This document shows positions 47,521 through 57,111 of a DNA stretch of 60,416 bases, piece by piece (position 1 is the stretch's first letter; each line of letters begins with the position of its first letter). Where the stretch lies: contig CAZFGJ010000001.1 of assembly GCA_964518445.1 (NCBI GenBank), positions 1-60,416 on the forward strand. The letters are read 5' to 3'. The notes under the pieces were generated by a model, which was not told the origin of the DNA, did not search any database, and saw nothing but the letters and a program-made list of their open reading frames with translations. Both the position numbers and the translations under genes were made by a program. This DNA comes from an uncultured Solirubrobacteraceae bacterium. GTDB lineage: Bacteria; Actinomycetota; Thermoleophilia; Solirubrobacterales; Solirubrobacteraceae.

Positions 47521-48057
47521 TCACGGCTTGAAGTCCGGGTAGGTGGCATCTCGCTGGGAGATGATCAGCTCGCCCTGCGGGGCAGGCCAGTCGATCGCAA
47601 ATGCCGGGTCATCCCAGCGCACGCCTCGCGCCGAGTCGGCGACGAAGGGCGCGCCCATCATGTAGATCAGCTCGCACTCATCGCTGAGCGTCTGAAAGCC
47701 GTGAGCCATCCCCTCAGGTATGTAGAAGGCCCTCCCGCTGTCGGCGCTCAGCTCCAGGCCATGCCAGCGGCAGTAACTGGACGAGTCCGCCCGTAGATCG
47801 ACGGCGACGTCGAAGACGGTCCCGCGAATGCAGCGCACGAGCTTGCTCTCACCGTTCGGGGCGGCCTGGTAATGCATGCCCCGAAGGGTGTCTCGCCGGG
47901 CGTTGAACGAGGCGTTGCACTGAATCACAAGTGGATTCATTCCACGCTCGGAGAACTCCTGGGCGTCGAAGGTGCGTGCGAACCATCCACGCTCGTCCTC
48001 GATCAGGTCAGGCTCGATGAGGAAGGCCCCCTCGAGCGGAGTCTCGTGAAAGCGCAT
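47521..48057 (-). CDS. rfbC: RmlC-family NDP-4-keto-6-deoxyhexose epimerase (second copy)
   Basis: DERGWFAR, RGMHYQ, KLVRC, DVAVDLR, AHGFQTL. Confidence 0.88.
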   Translation of the reverse strand: MRFHETPLEGAFLIEPDLIEDERGWFARTFDAQEFSERGMNPLVIQCNASFNARRDTLRGMHYQAAPNGESKLVRCIRGTVFDVAVDLRADSSSYCRWHGLELSADSGRAFYIPEGMAHGFQTLSDECELIYMMGAPFVADSARGVRWDDPAFAIDWPAPQGELIISQRDATYPDFKP

Positions 48058-48070
48058 CAGACGCGTTCCC

Positions 48071-49315
48071 TCACGGGAGCAGCGTCAGCTCCGGCGTTCG
48101 CGCCGCGAACCGTCCGCCCCACTCACGGATGAAGGCGAGCTGCTCGATGATCTCGTCCTTGAGGTTCCATGGGAGGATCAGCACCACATCGGGGCGGTCC
48201 TCCCGAATGGAGTCGGGCGAGCGAATCGGGATGTGGCTGCCCGGAAGGAAGCTCCCCTGCTTGTGGACGTTGAGGTCGCAGGTGTAGGCGATGAAGTCCT
48301 CGCGGATGCCGCAGTAGTTGAGCAGCGTGTTGCCCTTGGCGGGAGCGCCGTACCCGGCGATCCGCAGACCCTGCTCCTTCAAGTCGATCAGGAAGCTCAG
48401 GATCTGGCGCTTATCAGCCTCGACGCGCAGCCCGTATCCGAGGTAGGTATCGAGCTCTTCAAAGCCGGCAGCCCGCTCGCGCTCGGACAGCTCCTTGGCA
48501 GAAGCCGACTCGGCCTTCTCGGCATCGTCGGCGTGACAGCCGTAGATCCTCAGCGACCCCCCGTGGGTCGGAAGCTCCTCCACATCGAACAGGCGCAGGC
48601 CGTGCGCCTCAAACACGCGGCTGACGGTGAGGAACGAGAAATAGGAGAAATGCTCGTGGTAGATGGTGTCCCACTGGTTGTCCTCCATCAGGCGCATGAG
48701 GTGAGGGAACTCCATCGTTATGACGCCGCCCTGCTTGAGCAGGATCTTCATCCCGGCGACGAAGTCGTTCAGATCTGGCACATGCGCAAGGACGTTGTTT
48801 CCCAGCAGCAGGTCAGCGGCAGAATCCTCCGCCAGGGAGGAGGCCGTCTCGCGGCCGAAGAACTCGACCAGTGTCGGGATCCCTTTCTGCAGAGCCACCT
48901 TCGCGACGTTCGCAGCGGGCTCGATGCCCAGGACGGGGATCTGACGATCGTGGAAGAACTGAAGTAGGTATCCGTCGTTGGAGGCAATCTCGACGACGTG
49001 GCTGGACGCATCCAGACCCAGGCGGTCGATCATCTGCTCCGCATAGCGATTGCTGTGCTCGAGCCAACTCGAGGAGTAGGAAGAGAAGTAGGCGTAGTCC
49101 GAGAAGATCTCCGCGGGTGTCTCGAACTCCTCGAGCTGAACGAGAAAGCACTTGCCGCAGACGAGCGCTCGAAGCGGGTAGAAGCGCTCCATGCTGTTGG
49201 CCCGCTCGGGCGGCAGGTAGGAGTTCGCGAGCGGCGACATGCCCAGATCCGCAAAGACGGACTCGAGCGGGGCGCCGCAGAACCTGCAGGCGGTTTGTAA
49301 GCCGGGAGCGCTCAT
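48071..49315 (-). CDS. NDP-hexose C-methyltransferase (Zn-binding N-terminus)
   Basis: CRFC...PLANSY...C..C.LVQL, EIASNDGYLL, NNVLAHVP, YHEH, HGGSLR, GYGAPAKG. Confidence 0.9.
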   Translation of the reverse strand: MSAPGLQTACRFCGAPLESVFADLGMSPLANSYLPPERANSMERFYPLRALVCGKCFLVQLEEFETPAEIFSDYAYFSSYSSSWLEHSNRYAEQMIDRLGLDASSHVVEIASNDGYLLQFFHDRQIPVLGIEPAANVAKVALQKGIPTLVEFFGRETASSLAEDSAADLLLGNNVLAHVPDLNDFVAGMKILLKQGGVITMEFPHLMRLMEDNQWDTIYHEHFSYFSFLTVSRVFEAHGLRLFDVEELPTHGGSLRIYGCHADDAEKAESASAKELSERERAAGFEELDTYLGYGLRVEADKRQILSFLIDLKEQGLRIAGYGAPAKGNTLLNYCGIREDFIAYTCDLNVHKQGSFLPGSHIPIRSPDSIREDRPDVVLILPWNLKDEIIEQLAFIREWGGRFAARTPELTLLP

Positions 49316-49381
49316 GAAGGTCCACCACCGTAGCGGGCATGTCCGGGCGTCGCGTTGAGGATCGAGGTCGCCATCAGGTGC

Positions 49382-49933
49382 TCAGCCGAGCGTCCTCACC
49401 ACGCGGGCCGGAGCACCCACCACGACGGAATGCGCTGGGACGTCATCGCGTACGACCGAGTTCGCCCCGACGACGGCGCCCTCGCCGATGGTGACGCCAG
49501 GGAGCACGACGACGTTCTGCCCGAGCCAGGCCCCGTCGCCGATCGTCACGGGGCGCCGATCTTCCAGGGGCTGCAATCGGACAGGTGTGCCGGGCGCCCC
49601 GATCCCATGTCGATGATCGGCCACATGGACGTTTCGCCCGAAGAGCACGTTGCGCCCGACACTGACGCGCAGAACAGCCGAGAGCACACAGTCGCCGGAC
49701 ATCCCCGTTCCGTCCCCGATCTCCAGCCGGCCCTCGTCCTCCAACGCGAACAGCCAACTTCCGGCGCCCACGAGAACGTCGCTGCCAATCGAGATCCGCT
49801 CGGCGCCTTCGACCTGAACCGGGAGCGCCAGGTGGCTGCGCGGACCGAAGCTCTCGAAGGACGACGCAACGGCTCGTGTGAAGTACCGATCGCGCAGGTT
49901 GGTGACCATCTTGTACCGCGCGAGTGCCTTCAA
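49382..49933 (-). CDS. Hexapeptide-repeat acyltransferase
   Basis: PVTIGDGAWLGQNVVVLPGVTIGEGAVVGANSVV...GAPARV. Confidence 0.9.
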   Translation of the reverse strand: MKALARYKMVTNLRDRYFTRAVASSFESFGPRSHLALPVQVEGAERISIGSDVLVGAGSWLFALEDEGRLEIGDGTGMSGDCVLSAVLRVSVGRNVLFGRNVHVADHRHGIGAPGTPVRLQPLEDRRPVTIGDGAWLGQNVVVLPGVTIGEGAVVGANSVVRDDVPAHSVVVGAPARVVRTLG

Positions 49934-51039
49934 CCGCCGACCTCGATCTCGGGGGCATGCTGAAGGGACTTCACTTGGGCAAGCGTGACCTCGTGCATGT
50001 CGGCATCGTCGCGAAGGGCCACGTACCAGTCGACGATGCTCGCCAGGGCACCGTCCAACCCGACGAGAGGGCGCCAGCCGAGGTGCCCACGAGCCCTTGA
50101 TGAGTCGAGCTTCAGGTAGCGGGCCTCGTGGGGATGGGCGCCGTCGTCGATCTCTGAGCTAAGGCCCCCGGGCCAGAGCTCGCCCAGGCGCTCGACGATC
50201 CATCCCACCGGCCGGGCGTCCTCCTCGACGGGTCCGAAGTTCCAGCCGGCCGCGTGCTCCGGTGTGTTCCAGGCCGACTGGGCAAGGACGAGATAGCCGC
50301 TCAGCGGGCTGAGGACGTGCTGCCAGGGGCGAATCGAGTTGGGGTTGCGGATACGGACCGCCCTGTTCTGGAGAGCCGCGTTCATGATGTCCGGGACGAG
50401 CCGGTCCTCGCCCCAGTCGCCGCCGCCGATCACGTTCCCGGCCCGCGCCGAGGCAAGGCGGGTGCCCTGGGGATCCGAGAAGAACGAGCGGGCGAAGGCG
50501 CCGGCGACGATCTCCGCGCACCCCTTCGAGCTCGAGTAGGGGTCGTGTCCGCCCATCGCCTCGTCCTCGCGGTAGCCCCACTCCCACTCGCGGTTCTCGT
50601 AGCACTTGTCAGAGGTGACGTTGATGATCACCCCGACGCCTGAGCCGTTCGTCCGAACCGCATCGAGGACGTTGACGGTTCCCATCACATTCGTCGCATA
50701 GGTCTCGGTGGGTTCGGCAAAGGAGCGGCGCACCAGCGACTGCGCGGCCATGTGGATCACTACCTCTGGTTGGGTGGCCTTGACGGCCTCGGCGATCACC
50801 TGGCGGTCGCGGATGTCTCCGACGATGCTCTCCATGCCCTCGCCGACGCGGGCCAGCTCGTAGAGCGACGGGCTGGTCGGGACGTCGAGGGAGAAGCCGG
50901 TCACCTCGGCGCCCATCGACTGGAGCCAGAGCGAGAGCCATGCCCCCTTGAAGCCGGTGTGGCCCGTCAGAAGGACCTTTCGGCCTTGCCAGAAGGCCGG
51001 ATCGACGGTCGTCGGGGGTGCCTGTTCGGAGCTCGCCAT
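49930..51039 (-). CDS. rfbG: CDP-glucose 4,6-dehydratase
   Basis: FWQGRKVLLTGHTGFKGAWL, TSDKCY, DPYSSSK, RAGNVIGGGDW, RPWQHVL. Confidence 0.95.
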   Translation of the reverse strand: MASSEQAPPTTVDPAFWQGRKVLLTGHTGFKGAWLSLWLQSMGAEVTGFSLDVPTSPSLYELARVGEGMESIVGDIRDRQVIAEAVKATQPEVVIHMAAQSLVRRSFAEPTETYATNVMGTVNVLDAVRTNGSGVGVIINVTSDKCYENREWEWGYREDEAMGGHDPYSSSKGCAEIVAGAFARSFFSDPQGTRLASARAGNVIGGGDWGEDRLVPDIMNAALQNRAVRIRNPNSIRPWQHVLSPLSGYLVLAQSAWNTPEHAAGWNFGPVEEDARPVGWIVERLGELWPGGLSSEIDDGAHPHEARYLKLDSSRARGHLGWRPLVGLDGALASIVDWYVALRDDADMHEVTLAQVKSLQHAPEIEVGG

Positions 51040-51046
51040 CGGCCGT

Positions 51047-51817
51047 TCAGCTCCAGGTCCGCCAGGGGGCGTCGCCGGAGCTCCAGAGGGACTCGAGATG
51101 GTTGCGGTCGCGCAGTGTGTCCATTGCCTGCCAGAAGCCGTCGTGGCGGTAGCAGGCAAGCTCTCCGTCGCTGGCGAGGGAGCGCATCGGCTCCTGCTCC
51201 CAGACCGTGCGCTCATCCGCCAGATAGTCGCCAACGGAGGGCGAGAGGACGAAAAACCCACCGTTGGTCCAGGCCACGTCGCCGCGGGGCTTCTCCTCGA
51301 ACTCGCGGACCCGGTCTCCGTCGACGTCGAGTGCGCCGAAGCGGCCGGGCGGCTGAACGGCCGTGACCGTCGCCTTGGCTCCGCCGCGGCGGTGGAACTC
51401 GATCAGGGCGCTGATGTCGATGTCCGAGAGTCCGTCGCCGTATGTGAAGCAGAAGTCCTCATCGCCCAGGTAGGGCAGTACCCGCTGAAGGCGCCCTCCG
51501 GTCATTGTCGCCTCGCCCGTCTCGACCAGTGTGACCTTCCAGGGCTCCGTTTCTGAGCGATGGATCTCCATCCCTCCGCCGGCCAGGTCGAAGCTGACGT
51601 CGGACGTGTGGAGGTAGTAGTTCGCGAAGTACTCCTTGATGAGATAGCCCTTGTAGCCCAGGCAGATCACGAAATCCTCGATCCCGTGTGCGGCGTAGAG
51701 CTTCATGATGTGCCAGAGGATCGGTTTGCCGCCGATCTCGACCATCGGCTTGGGGCGCACCGAGGTCTCCTCGCTCAGCCGCGAGCCGTATCCCCCGGCC
51801 AAGATCACCGCCTTCAT
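51047..51817 (-). CDS. rfbF: Glucose-1-phosphate cytidylyltransferase
   Basis: [42 protein letters not shown]. Confidence 0.95.
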   Translation of the reverse strand: MKAVILAGGYGSRLSEETSVRPKPMVEIGGKPILWHIMKLYAAHGIEDFVICLGYKGYLIKEYFANYYLHTSDVSFDLAGGGMEIHRSETEPWKVTLVETGEATMTGGRLQRVLPYLGDEDFCFTYGDGLSDIDISALIEFHRRGGAKATVTAVQPPGRFGALDVDGDRVREFEEKPRGDVAWTNGGFFVLSPSVGDYLADERTVWEQEPMRSLASDGELACYRHDGFWQAMDTLRDRNHLESLWSSGDAPWRTWS

Positions 51818-51859
51818 GGCGCCAAGGTTATCTTGGGGGTCGGGCTGCTCCCGCCGCTT

Positions 51860-53563
51860 TCAGCGCTCGAGGACGCCGATCGTGGCTGACGAGCCCGTGG
51901 CGTAGGGATAGTCGGCCTCGTGTTCGCAGACGGCCCTGAACTGGTAGCGGACGGGGCCGGGGAACCGGAACCGGTAGGTGGCCCGAAAACGTCCCCGCGA
52001 GTCGCTCCGGACCACCTTGAACTGAATCCAGGAGCTCTTGCCTGCTCGTGCCTCGAGGATGATCGGCTTGCCACCCTTGGGAATCGGCCCGGAGCGAAGG
52101 CGTCCATGGAAGACGATCCTCCTCCCCACACCCGCGACCCGAGGCGAGACGGTCAGCGAGACCGGCGCCCGGACAGCCAACTGAAGGGTCCTGGTGGCTG
52201 CAGGGGTCTGGTCGCCGAGGCGAGCCCGGTAGGTGAACTGGAGTGTGCGTGAGGACGTGCCTGCTGGAATGCTGAGGACGAAGCGGCCGTCGGCTCCCGT
52301 TCGGAGCATGGTCGCCACCACGGCCGTCGCGCCGGTGCGGGCCAGGGTCGGGCCGATGTCGATCTGAGCCCCTGCGATCGGCTTGCCCGCCTCGTCGAGA
52401 AGCCGTCCGAGGACCGTCTCGGTGCGACCGAAGGCAACGTTGAGGGCCGTCTTGGGTGTGCTCTTCCAGCGAGCTTCGAGCCGGGCCCCGGTGGAGGCGC
52501 CCTGTCCGTTCGGCGGGCCCGGCGCGCCGGGGTTGGCCACTGTCAGGGTCCTGCTGAGGACCGGGGCTGAGTTGCCGGCGGCGTCGATGACCGAAACCGT
52601 GAGGTGATGTGACCCGTTCGCCACGCCCGTCGCGTCAAACCCGATGTCTGCGCTCACGGATGGCGGACAGGGCTGCAGGTAGAGGAAGGCCGGGAGGCCA
52701 TCGATCGTCTGGCCCACGTCCCTGCATCGTCCGCCGGCGTCGTTGATGACGCTCCGCTGAACCACCGTGCCGTCGACCGCGAAGACCGCCTCGTAGACAC
52801 CCGACTCCGGGTCGGAGGCATTGAATGTCAGGTCGGTCGTCCCGGCCACCAAGGGAGCAGTCGCGAGTTCCCCGCCGACGGAGCCGGCCGTGGGACCAGC
52901 AGTCTGTTCGAGGGTCACGTCTGCCGCGTAGAGGTAGATGACAGCGGCATAGCCGTTGGCGTCGCCTTTGCCGGCGGGGCATTCGAATTCGGGTTGACCA
53001 CCACATGCGGCAACTGAAAACACGTGCGCGCCGAGTCGTTCCTGGGGGACGGCGACACGATTTTCGGGCGCTAACGGGACGGCGATATTGCCGGTCGAGC
53101 TACAGCCGAGGCCGCTTACACACTGGTCGATGGCTTTGGGCTCGCTCGGTGCGGCCAACCACAATTGATAGGTGGCGTTCAGCAGGGAACCACCCGCAGT
53201 GTCGCCAGCTCTCCAGATAGATGCGGCAGTGAGCGTTCTATCGACCGGTACGGAGAATTCCCAGGTCGCGCGATCCACGCCTGCCAGATGCGTCGTCTGA
53301 TCCCCCAGCGCAGCGACAAGTGCACCCCCTTGCGCGCAGGTGTTCAGCGCGTAGTCGTCATACGCGCCGCCTGGGGCGAGGCTCCCGCTCCACCCATCCA
53401 CCGGAGCAGCCGCACCGCTTGGGGTCCTGCACGAATAGACGTGGTACCGGCCCGCCTGAGCGGGGGCGGCGAATATGGCTGAAAGCACCAGGGCCAGAAG
53501 GCCCGCTGAGGGAATCCATTTTGTGGTCACACCCACATGTCGACGCGAGCGGCCTCCTGCCAC
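51860..53563 (-). CDS. Secreted Cys-containing beta-rich protein with carboxypeptidase-regulatory-like C-terminal domains
   Basis: Signal peptide ending AQA-G.YHVYSC; D.AGN, GRL....G.PI.GA, TG.DGRF; start uncertain. Confidence 0.72.
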   Translation of the reverse strand: MAGGRSRRHVGVTTKWIPSAGLLALVLSAIFAAPAQAGRYHVYSCRTPSGAAAPVDGWSGSLAPGGAYDDYALNTCAQGGALVAALGDQTTHLAGVDRATWEFSVPVDRTLTAASIWRAGDTAGGSLLNATYQLWLAAPSEPKAIDQCVSGLGCSSTGNIAVPLAPENRVAVPQERLGAHVFSVAACGGQPEFECPAGKGDANGYAAVIYLYAADVTLEQTAGPTAGSVGGELATAPLVAGTTDLTFNASDPESGVYEAVFAVDGTVVQRSVINDAGGRCRDVGQTIDGLPAFLYLQPCPPSVSADIGFDATGVANGSHHLTVSVIDAAGNSAPVLSRTLTVANPGAPGPPNGQGASTGARLEARWKSTPKTALNVAFGRTETVLGRLLDEAGKPIAGAQIDIGPTLARTGATAVVATMLRTGADGRFVLSIPAGTSSRTLQFTYRARLGDQTPAATRTLQLAVRAPVSLTVSPRVAGVGRRIVFHGRLRSGPIPKGGKPIILEARAGKSSWIQFKVVRSDSRGRFRATYRFRFPGPVRYQFRAVCEHEADYPYATGSSATIGVLER

Positions 53564-53611
53564 CCCCCCAAATGCGGTAGCCCGGCTGCGCCGGGGCGGA
53601 CCTGCGGGGCG

Positions 53612-55393
53612 TCAGCGGGCCTGGGCGGGGGAGCTGCCCAGGACTTCGCCCGACGCTCCCAGGGCCTGGACGCTCATGAAGGCCACCGCTCCGCCGACGG
53701 GGATGGCCGTCTCGAAGCCCGTCGAGTTGACCGTCGCCAGGGGAGAGAGGCTTGAGCTGCTCGGTCCTCCAAGGACCCGCCATGCGGTCACACCCGTCGC
53801 TCCATTCCAGCTGGCGTAGACCGTGGCACTGGTCGCAGAGGGGGCGCTGACGGCGATGGCCGGGCGGGAGGCGGGGACGGCGCTCCAGGGGAACCGCAGG
53901 GCCCGGTACGACTGGCCCGGACTCGGGAAGTGAGCGCTGAACAGCACCTGGCCCGTCGGGGAGAACTCGGTCAGGTAGGGCTCTTCCCCCCAGCCTATGA
54001 ACGAGTCGCCGTTGGCCAGAATCTGGTCGTCACCCTGGCTGCCCGACAGGATCTTGCCGGTCAGGCGGCCGACCAGGCTGACCGTCCGCTTGGCGAAATC
54101 GATCCGCTCTCGGATCGCCCTGGATTCGCTGTGACGCTTGGGCGCCGCCCCGTTGTCAAAGATCGTCAGGGTGTGGTCGGGCTGCCAGCGGACGTCGTGT
54201 TGGTAGGCCGTCCCCGTTCCGGGGCCCATCTTGAAGGTCGGATGGCGACCACCCAGGCGGTACATCACCGATCCGCTGACATGGTTGACCTCGTAGGCCG
54301 CCCATGTGTTCCGGGAGGAGACCATGAAGTTACCGTCGCCCCAAGGATCCAGCGAGACGGAGTTGACGTGGAAGAAGTCCCATGGGTGCTGAATGAATTT
54401 GGGGGCGTTGGAGTAGGAGTCATAGAGCGCCACGTGGCCGTAGGCGTGCCACTCGAACATGACCAGCCCCGTCGGCACGTCCACCTGCTGCACGATCGCG
54501 TCCTGGAGGATTCCGTCGCTTTTCCCGCCGGCCGAGGAGAGGTCGGCATTGACCAGGGTGTAGGCCGTGATGTAGGCCGAGCCCGAGGGGGTCAACTGCG
54601 CTTCGTGGAGGTCTGCCTGGTAGCCGTTCCCGGCGCCGATCGTCGCGACCGGCTTGTAGCTCGTCGAGTAGACCGCCACCCGCCCGAAGCCGACACCCAG
54701 ACCGGTGGCCACGTGACCCTGCCACCACACCAGCACCGGCTGTCCCTGATAGCTCTCGACCTGCAGGTCGGCCGCTGTCTGGCCCTTCGGCGCCGGATGG
54801 AACCAGATCAGCCGTCCATGACGGTCCATGATCATGGCCCCCCGCTGGCCGTATCCGCTCGAGGGCGTAAGGAAGATGTCCCCCTGGGCGGCCGAGTCGG
54901 AGTCGGCTGTCACGAAGATGGAGGGCGGTTCGAGGCTCGGCGAGGAGTGAAATTTCTGGACCAGGCCCGGCCGCGTCAGGTGCGGCTGGCTCGATTGCGG
55001 TTCGCTGTAGGGAGCAAGCCTTGCCACCGTGAAGGTCGTCTTCACGGTGCTCGTGTGGCCCTTGGGGCCAACCGTCGCGCTGGCCGTCACGCTCTCCCCC
55101 TGAGCGAACTGGTGGGTCGGCAGGAAGCTGGCTCCCGTGGCGCTGACGTAGCTCTTCAGGCTCCCGCTGTGCGACCCGGTCGATGAGCCCACGACCGAGA
55201 CCTTCGTGATTTCGGCGGCCGCCACTCCCAGGAAGCTGATCTGCGTGTAGGGCGAGGCGTCAGGCGTGCCGTTCAGCGGCGAGACGGCGACGGCCGGAGC
55301 GGCCTGGGCAGCAGCTGCCATGAGGGGGACGGCCAGGAGCGCGCCCACGAGGCAGCCAAGGGCCCTGCGACTCCACACGGCAATCTGACCCAT
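53612..55393 (-). CDS. Arylsulfotransferase (ASST) family secreted protein
   Basis: DLHE, WDFFHVNSV, SSRN, QHD, FDNG, SQG, GWG, YRA, YASWNGAT. Confidence 0.88.
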   Translation of the reverse strand: MGQIAVWSRRALGCLVGALLAVPLMAAAAQAAPAVAVSPLNGTPDASPYTQISFLGVAAAEITKVSVVGSSTGSHSGSLKSYVSATGASFLPTHQFAQGESVTASATVGPKGHTSTVKTTFTVARLAPYSEPQSSQPHLTRPGLVQKFHSSPSLEPPSIFVTADSDSAAQGDIFLTPSSGYGQRGAMIMDRHGRLIWFHPAPKGQTAADLQVESYQGQPVLVWWQGHVATGLGVGFGRVAVYSTSYKPVATIGAGNGYQADLHEAQLTPSGSAYITAYTLVNADLSSAGGKSDGILQDAIVQQVDVPTGLVMFEWHAYGHVALYDSYSNAPKFIQHPWDFFHVNSVSLDPWGDGNFMVSSRNTWAAYEVNHVSGSVMYRLGGRHPTFKMGPGTGTAYQHDVRWQPDHTLTIFDNGAAPKRHSESRAIRERIDFAKRTVSLVGRLTGKILSGSQGDDQILANGDSFIGWGEEPYLTEFSPTGQVLFSAHFPSPGQSYRALRFPWSAVPASRPAIAVSAPSATSATVYASWNGATGVTAWRVLGGPSSSSLSPLATVNSTGFETAIPVGGAVAFMSVQALGASGEVLGSSPAQAR

Positions 55394-55549
55394 CTCTGCC
55401 CTTCGTCGAACTCACCCATTCACAGAAACCTGCCGGCCGCCGATACCGACATTCCCGTAACACGCACTTTCGAACCGCGGTGCGCATCTCCGCCTTCAAG
55501 CAGGATAAGGATTTGTGAAGAGCTCTCCGCCGGTTGCCTGCGGGCCGGC

Positions 55550-56788
55550 TCAGGCCGAGAAGCGGATCGGCAGGCGCTCCAGGCCGTAGATGCCCGAGAC
55601 GGTGCCGAACTCCGGCTCACCGTCCAGCTCGAGGCCGCTCAGGTTCTGCGAGAGGAAGTCAAGGCCCTCCTGCATCTCCAGCTTCGCCAGGTTCGCCCCC
55701 ATGCAGTAGTGGACTCCCGCCCCGAAGGTCAGCGGACGGCCCTTGCCCCGCTTGACCCTGATGTCAAAGCTCTCCACGTCCCCCGGGTCGTCCTCCAGAT
55801 CGCGGTTGCCCGTGAAGGCGCAGACCATCACGACCGTGTCCACCGGGAAGGTCACGTCCCGGTAGACGATCTCCTCGGTCATGATCCTCGCCGTGAAGGG
55901 CGTGATCGGCTCGTAGCGAAGCGACTCCTCGACGGCCGCATCCGCAAGGCCCGGGTCGGCTGTCAGGGCCTCCCACTGATCGGGGTTTTCGGCCAGCAGC
56001 CGGACCGCATGGGCCATCTGGCTCTGGGTTGTGTCGACCCCTCCCGCCAGGATGTTGAAGACAAGGTTGATGCACTCCACGTCGGAGAGGCGGTCGCCCT
56101 CCTCTTCGGTCGCCACCAGCATCGAGACGAGATCGTCCCCGGGGTTGCGGCGGCGGTCGGCCACCAGCTCGCCGGCGTACACATAGAACTCCTCGACGGC
56201 CTCCTCGATCTTCTCCTTCTCGGTGGCCATGCTGCCCGCGTCGAACTGCTTCTGGATCCAGTTGGACCAGTGATGCAGCCGCGGCGCATCTGACAGGGGC
56301 GCCCCCATCACCGAGGCGATCACCTGCGAGGGGTAGGGCTTGGCGAAGGCCTCGACGAAATCGCAGCTGATGCTCGAGGCGCCCGCCGGGGCCGAGGCGC
56401 GCACGTCCTTGAGCAGGCCCTCCAGGAAGCCCCTCATCGTCGGGCGGTAGCGCTCGACCGCCCGTGGGGAGAGGGACGGGTTGACAAGGCTCCGCAGGCG
56501 GGAGTGGTCGGGGCCGTTGACGTGCAGGATGTTGCGCCGCATCTGCTCGTAGAGCGGCCCCTCCGTCACGCCGAAGATTTCGGCGATCTTCATCCCCGGG
56601 AAGATCGCCGAGCGGGTCCTCAGAAAGAACTCGCCGGCCTCGCGGTCGAGGACCATGAAGCCGAACGGCGCCGAGGCGAGCCAGCCCTGCGCCCGCACCT
56701 CGGCCATCGCCTCATGGAACCGCTCCCCGCGCAACGACACGTCCGTGTAATCGAACGCGGGGAGCTCCAGCTCGCCAACCAGGGTCAT
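55550..56788 (-). CDS. Cytochrome P450
   Basis: H.RLR, AGGVDTT, EESLRY (ExxR), FGAGVHYCMG heme-ligand motif. Confidence 0.95.
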   Translation of the reverse strand: MTLVGELELPAFDYTDVSLRGERFHEAMAEVRAQGWLASAPFGFMVLDREAGEFFLRTRSAIFPGMKIAEIFGVTEGPLYEQMRRNILHVNGPDHSRLRSLVNPSLSPRAVERYRPTMRGFLEGLLKDVRASAPAGASSISCDFVEAFAKPYPSQVIASVMGAPLSDAPRLHHWSNWIQKQFDAGSMATEKEKIEEAVEEFYVYAGELVADRRRNPGDDLVSMLVATEEEGDRLSDVECINLVFNILAGGVDTTQSQMAHAVRLLAENPDQWEALTADPGLADAAVEESLRYEPITPFTARIMTEEIVYRDVTFPVDTVVMVCAFTGNRDLEDDPGDVESFDIRVKRGKGRPLTFGAGVHYCMGANLAKLEMQEGLDFLSQNLSGLELDGEPEFGTVSGIYGLERLPIRFSA

Positions 56789-56801
56789 GCGGTAAGTCTG
56801 A

Positions 56802-57086
56802 CTACTTTTTCTTCGGGCTGATCGCGTTCTTCAAGCCTGCGCCGGCCGAGAACTTCGGGGCCTTGGAGGCTTTGATTTTCACGCGCTCACCCGTCCGGGG
56901 GTTGACGCCCTGGCGAGCTGCCCTTTTGACGACCGAGAACTTGCCGAAGCCCGTGATCGCGACCTCGTCTCCTTTTTTCAGGGTCTTCGTGACCGTGTCA
57001 AGGAGCGACTCGATCGCACGACTCGTGTCTGCTTTGGAGAGACCGCTGTCGGCTGCGACCGCATCGATCAGCTGGGACTTGTTCAT
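56802..57086 (-). CDS. hup: HU family DNA-binding protein (second paralog)
   Basis: MNKSQLI...GFGKFSV..RAARQGVNPRTGE..KIKA...PKFSAG..LK. Confidence 0.95.
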   Translation of the reverse strand: MNKSQLIDAVAADSGLSKADTSRAIESLLDTVTKTLKKGDEVAITGFGKFSVVKRAARQGVNPRTGERVKIKASKAPKFSAGAGLKNAISPKKK

Positions 57087-57111
57087 CTAGGAAGTTCCTT
57101 TCGGGACGTTG

